NCBI GenBank assembly: GCA_964188305.1
Contig: OZ076888.1
Source: Podarcis bocagei
Lineage: Eukaryota
DNA length: 64,000 nucleotides
Reading direction: 5' to 3' (one strand)
Of the stretch, positions 60,375 to 64,000 are shown piece by piece (position 1 is the first letter of the stretch; each line of letters starts with the position of its first letter). Under the pieces are notes generated by a model. The model had not been told where the DNA came from and made no database searches. It saw only the letters and a list, made by a program, of their open reading frames with translations. A program made the translations under genes and the position numbers.

Positions 60375-62850
60375 GTGCAGTTCATTCCGAGGCTACATTG
60401 CACATTTCAAACCCATGTTTTAGTTCACGTTTTAGTCACGTTAGGTAGGGTTGTGCAGAAGAATGGGCCTTAACCTAAAAGCAGAACTGGAAAATAAAAT
60501 TAAATAGAAACAATGTTATGTTAATGAAGCAAAGAATTCATCTCTTAATTAGTTGGTGTAAGAATTACTATGAGGGTTTGAAATACTTAATAGGTCCACC
60601 ACAAACTAACACTGGCAGGTGTTCCAATATAGCACTATTGTAATTTCAAATACCCTTATGGTTACACATGGAGAGTTTTCTCAATTAGTAGACCTTCAGC
60701 ACAGTTTCACTAAGGTAGCTGTTGAGTTATCAGATAATGTTGGGTTTTTTTAATCTACTGCCTCACTCTGTAATTGGATGATACTTCTTAGTATTGTGAT
60801 TTTGACCATAGCAGTTGTTTTACCCCTGCCTCACAGGGTGCTGTTCACCTCACCTTTTCAACCATAGGTCATTTATGATACACTGGCACATAATATTAAG
60901 AGGGGAAAACTGTAAAAGGAATTGCATTTGGAATTTTACAGACTCTGTAAAAATTGCATTCATCGATAATAACTTTTGCCAAATACTTCATTTTAGTAAG
61001 ATATAATTTTTGAAAACTTTTTTTATTCTATCAGTTGGGGGGGCAGGGAGAAAGCCCTTATTTTTCAATAAAGGGGATTTTATACGCTTAACATTGATAA
61101 CTTAGTTTAACTATGGCAAAACAGAAAAAGAATTTTATACGTTGAAATTTTTGTATACCACTCAGTATAAAGTATTATAGGCATGTAAACCAAGCATTTA
61201 ACAATAGAATGTATTTAAGGATGCTTGGTGTAGAGTATACTTAAATATAATTCAGGAATCCAGAACCTCTGATTATTGGGTGTTGAAAGCGTATAAACTT
61301 AACTGGATTCAGGTTTAAATCTTACTGTATTTTTTTCCTCATGGTATTGCTGTTGAATGAAGAAAAATAAACTTGTTAACATATGGCCTATCCAGGAGAT
61401 CAGTTCCAAGTATGTCCCTTAGCCATTCTGCGTTACTTCTGCAGCATGTCCAACTAAATTCTCAGGGCAAAGTCTTGAGGACTTACTTGTTGGTCAAGAT
61501 AAAGCCACAAGGGGTTTCTTTCCCTCTTTGCCTTGAGACACTCAGTTGCAAGTCATCTGTGAGCTCCCTCTTTGCAGATATAGAGTGCTGGTACCATGCT
61601 GACAGAATGTCAAGGCCATCGGGTGAAGAGTGTAAAACTCATGCAGCTACATTCCGGCAGCACTCCAGTGGCAAAGATTGCTTGTTCGAGTGAACTTTGC
61701 CACCCAGGTGCAGGAAAATGCAAAATGCCCATGGCAAAAGTGCTTCCACAAGGGATGGGGTCTAGATTTCATGCAACAGCTTAGAAGCAACTGCATCTAC
61801 GTTGCACTATCAACTGATCCTCTGGAAAAGCCCACAACCAAATGAAGGAGACAAAACCGAAAAAGGGAAAGTGAAATGGGAAGAATAAGGGGTTGGAGGT
61901 AAAGAGAATAGTAGCTTGTGGGTTATTTTTCATAAAATATATGGTATGGATTTGGGGGTATTTTTTATTAAATTAATGGAACAGCCGTTTCATATAAAAT
62001 GTATAGGCTTTCATATGGAGTGCCACACGTTCTCCCCTTGCTATCATTGATTTTAATGGGATAATTTTAATCTGAGTTTTGCCTTCTCAAGGAATCTTAG
62101 ATCCAATTAGTCAAGCGCTATAGGCGCTGATCCTGCCACTTGCTCCTTTTTGCTGGTAGCTTTATTTTGCTTTGAAACTTAAGAAAGAAAAATTCAAACC
62201 TGTAAATACACACTAAACATGGAAATTTGCCTAGGGCCTTTAAACTAGCCTTTGTTCATCAGTAGCCACAAGAGCAAATACACCTCAAATATCAATGTGA
62301 CTCCCAGATTGCCAGTTGAAATATATACCGTATATAGATTGTTAAAATATGGCTGGGTTGTGGTTTGGCATGAAAAAAAATTGACTATAGCATGTTGCAG
62401 GGCTGGTTAGCTTTGACTGTGTAAGTGTGAAAATGCAGCGCTGGAGTGACTCTGGAAACGATATTCTAGATATCTCAAAATACTGGAATCAGTGTGTTCT
62501 TTTTAAAAAAATAGTGGAAATCTATAAGTTGCTTAACTTTGTTTATGTTCTACATTTTTGTGTTGTATTACAACATATGTAGAAACAGTAACCTGTGAAC
62601 TATGCTTTTCATAACTTTTAAAAAATATATCTAAATGAATGCAATGTGCATACATATTTTTTAAAAAATGCAACCGTGAACTATTTGCACCTTTTTTTTT
62701 GCTAATGCCTCTATTTACTTGCTTTGGCATAAAGAATGAGCCAGCCAACTCTGTGTCCTGTGGAAAAAAATATATAAATGTTGTTGGAAATTGCTCATAG
62801 ATGTAATGCTAATTAATGTTAAATCACAAATAAACAGTATTTTAAATAGA
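60375..62850 (+). other. ADD3: ADD3 3' UTR (~2.5 kb)
   Basis: AU-rich, no recognisable transposons, contains miRNA seed matches and a Pumilio element, ends near AATAAA at 62829. The exact end is inferred. Confidence 0.7.
62829..62834 (+). terminator. Probable distal polyadenylation signal AATAAA
   Basis: Canonical hexamer preceded by TGTA and AU-rich sequence, followed by U-rich sequence; repeats resume downstream. Confidence 0.65.
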
Positions 62851-63356
62851 TGGATTTTGGAAACTAATTTATTCACAGCATTCCTCAACCTGCATAACCT
62901 GTAGGCTTAAAGCAATCATATGTAGCAGAAGACAGGAGCTGTATAGTTTAAGAATAATAACTTCTATTTGAAAATAGAAAATGAATTCCAAAATTACCAT
63001 ATGGCAAACACAAATATGTGATTTTTTCTCTACTGAGTTTTATCCTCAGAAGGTCTAGAACTCTGTAATCACATAATATACAAGGTTGTTAGGATAGAGT
63101 ATTATAAATGCATATCCCTAGTTGGGTTTGTAGACTTCTACTTGCCATAGAGAAACTTTAAAAATTTAAGCAGTGTCTGAAACAAGGAGACTGTGTTGCA
63201 ATATGACTTCTACATTTGTAGCAACTGATCCACAATTGCTTCTGCTTGTTTGTGTATACACTCCCAACAGACATTAACCATTCAGAGCAGAGTATACTAT
63301 CAATGTTGTAATTATTACTGTGATATAGTCCTTTGTATGCGGTGCAAGGCTATACT

Positions 63357-63684
63357 TCTTGTTGCTGTTTGGTCATGTCCGACTCTTCGTGACCCCATGG
63401 ACCAGAGCATGCCAGGCACTCCTGTCTTCTACTGCCTCCCGCAGTTTGGTCAAACTCATGCTGGTAGCTTCGAGAACACTGTCCAACCATCTCGTCCTCT
63501 GCCGTCCCCTTCTCCTTGTGCCCTCCATCTTTCCCAACATCAGGGTCTTTTCCAGGGAGTCTTCTCTTCTCATGAGGTGGCCAAAGTATTGGAGCCTCAG
63601 CTTCACAATCTGTCCTTCCAGTGAGCACTCAGGGCTGATTTCCTTAAGAATGGATAGGTTTGATCTTGCAGTCCATGGGACTCT
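63357..63684 (-). mobile_element. Bov-B (RTE) LINE 3' end, 5'-truncated
   Basis: Minus-strand ORF KLRLQYFGHLMRREDSLEKTLMLGKMEGTRRRGRQRTRWLDSV...WHALVHGVTKSRT; 13-bp TSD gcaaggctatact (63344-63356 and 63691-63703). Confidence 0.94.
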
Positions 63685-64000
63685 AGTATAGCAAGGCTAT
63701 ACTACCAATGTCCATTAGGTGGCATCTGCTCCCTTTCGCATTTTTTTGTGTATGTGGAATTAATCCCTTGAAAGACAATTAGCAAGCTGCTTTCAAAGAA
63801 AGTATTTTGGTGGAGGCTCTGTGGGCATTATTCCAGCTGCACTTCAAACAGATGAAAGGGAACAGCTGGCTTTTTTGGACATCTATGTTTATCAGCTCAG
63901 TTGGAAACCCAGAAATGGAATGTTTATCTCAGAGGATTTCCCCCCACTTCCCACACACATGTACACATTTTCCTTAAAATCTTTTAAGAATATTATGCTT

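Noticed and set aside
60372-60380. Stop-codon readthrough
   Set aside because: The context is TGA GTG, not the TGA CTAG readthrough motif.
60092-60403. Antisense ORFs over ADD3 exons (also 40569, 53141, 54584)
   Set aside because: Shadow ORFs of the sense coding exons with no independent evidence.

Overview
This is vertebrate genomic DNA, about 40% GC by eye and CpG-poor. The repeat content (Sauria SINEs, Bov-B, CR1, L2, L1, many hAT and Tc1/mariner MITEs) points to a squamate reptile, probably a lacertid lizard. The window holds one protein-coding gene, ADD3 (gamma-adducin), on the + strand. Its 14 coding exons (numbered 2-15 by analogy to human) lie between 40626 and 60374, all introns are GT-AG, and they join into a 2121-nt CDS (706 aa). 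The 3' UTR runs about 2.5 kb to an AATAAA at 62829. Positions 1-40599 appear to be a long, transposon-rich 5' intron; no CpG-island promoter or clear exon 1 is visible. Nearly all other short ORFs in the track are spurious or transposon-derived. I see no evidence of a new protein-coding system. The best leads are at the RNA and structural level: a QKI/RBFOX motif cluster before the 96-nt cassette exon 14; five consecutive phase-0 exons that begin with GT (re-splicing potential); a 37-nt candidate 5'-UTR/RS-exon; inverted MITE and SINE pairs; a possible 2.4-kb inversion that split a CR1; miR-143/145 sites; and some enhancer-like motif clusters. Repeat boundaries were read by eye and are approximate unless a target-site duplication (TSD) is quoted.
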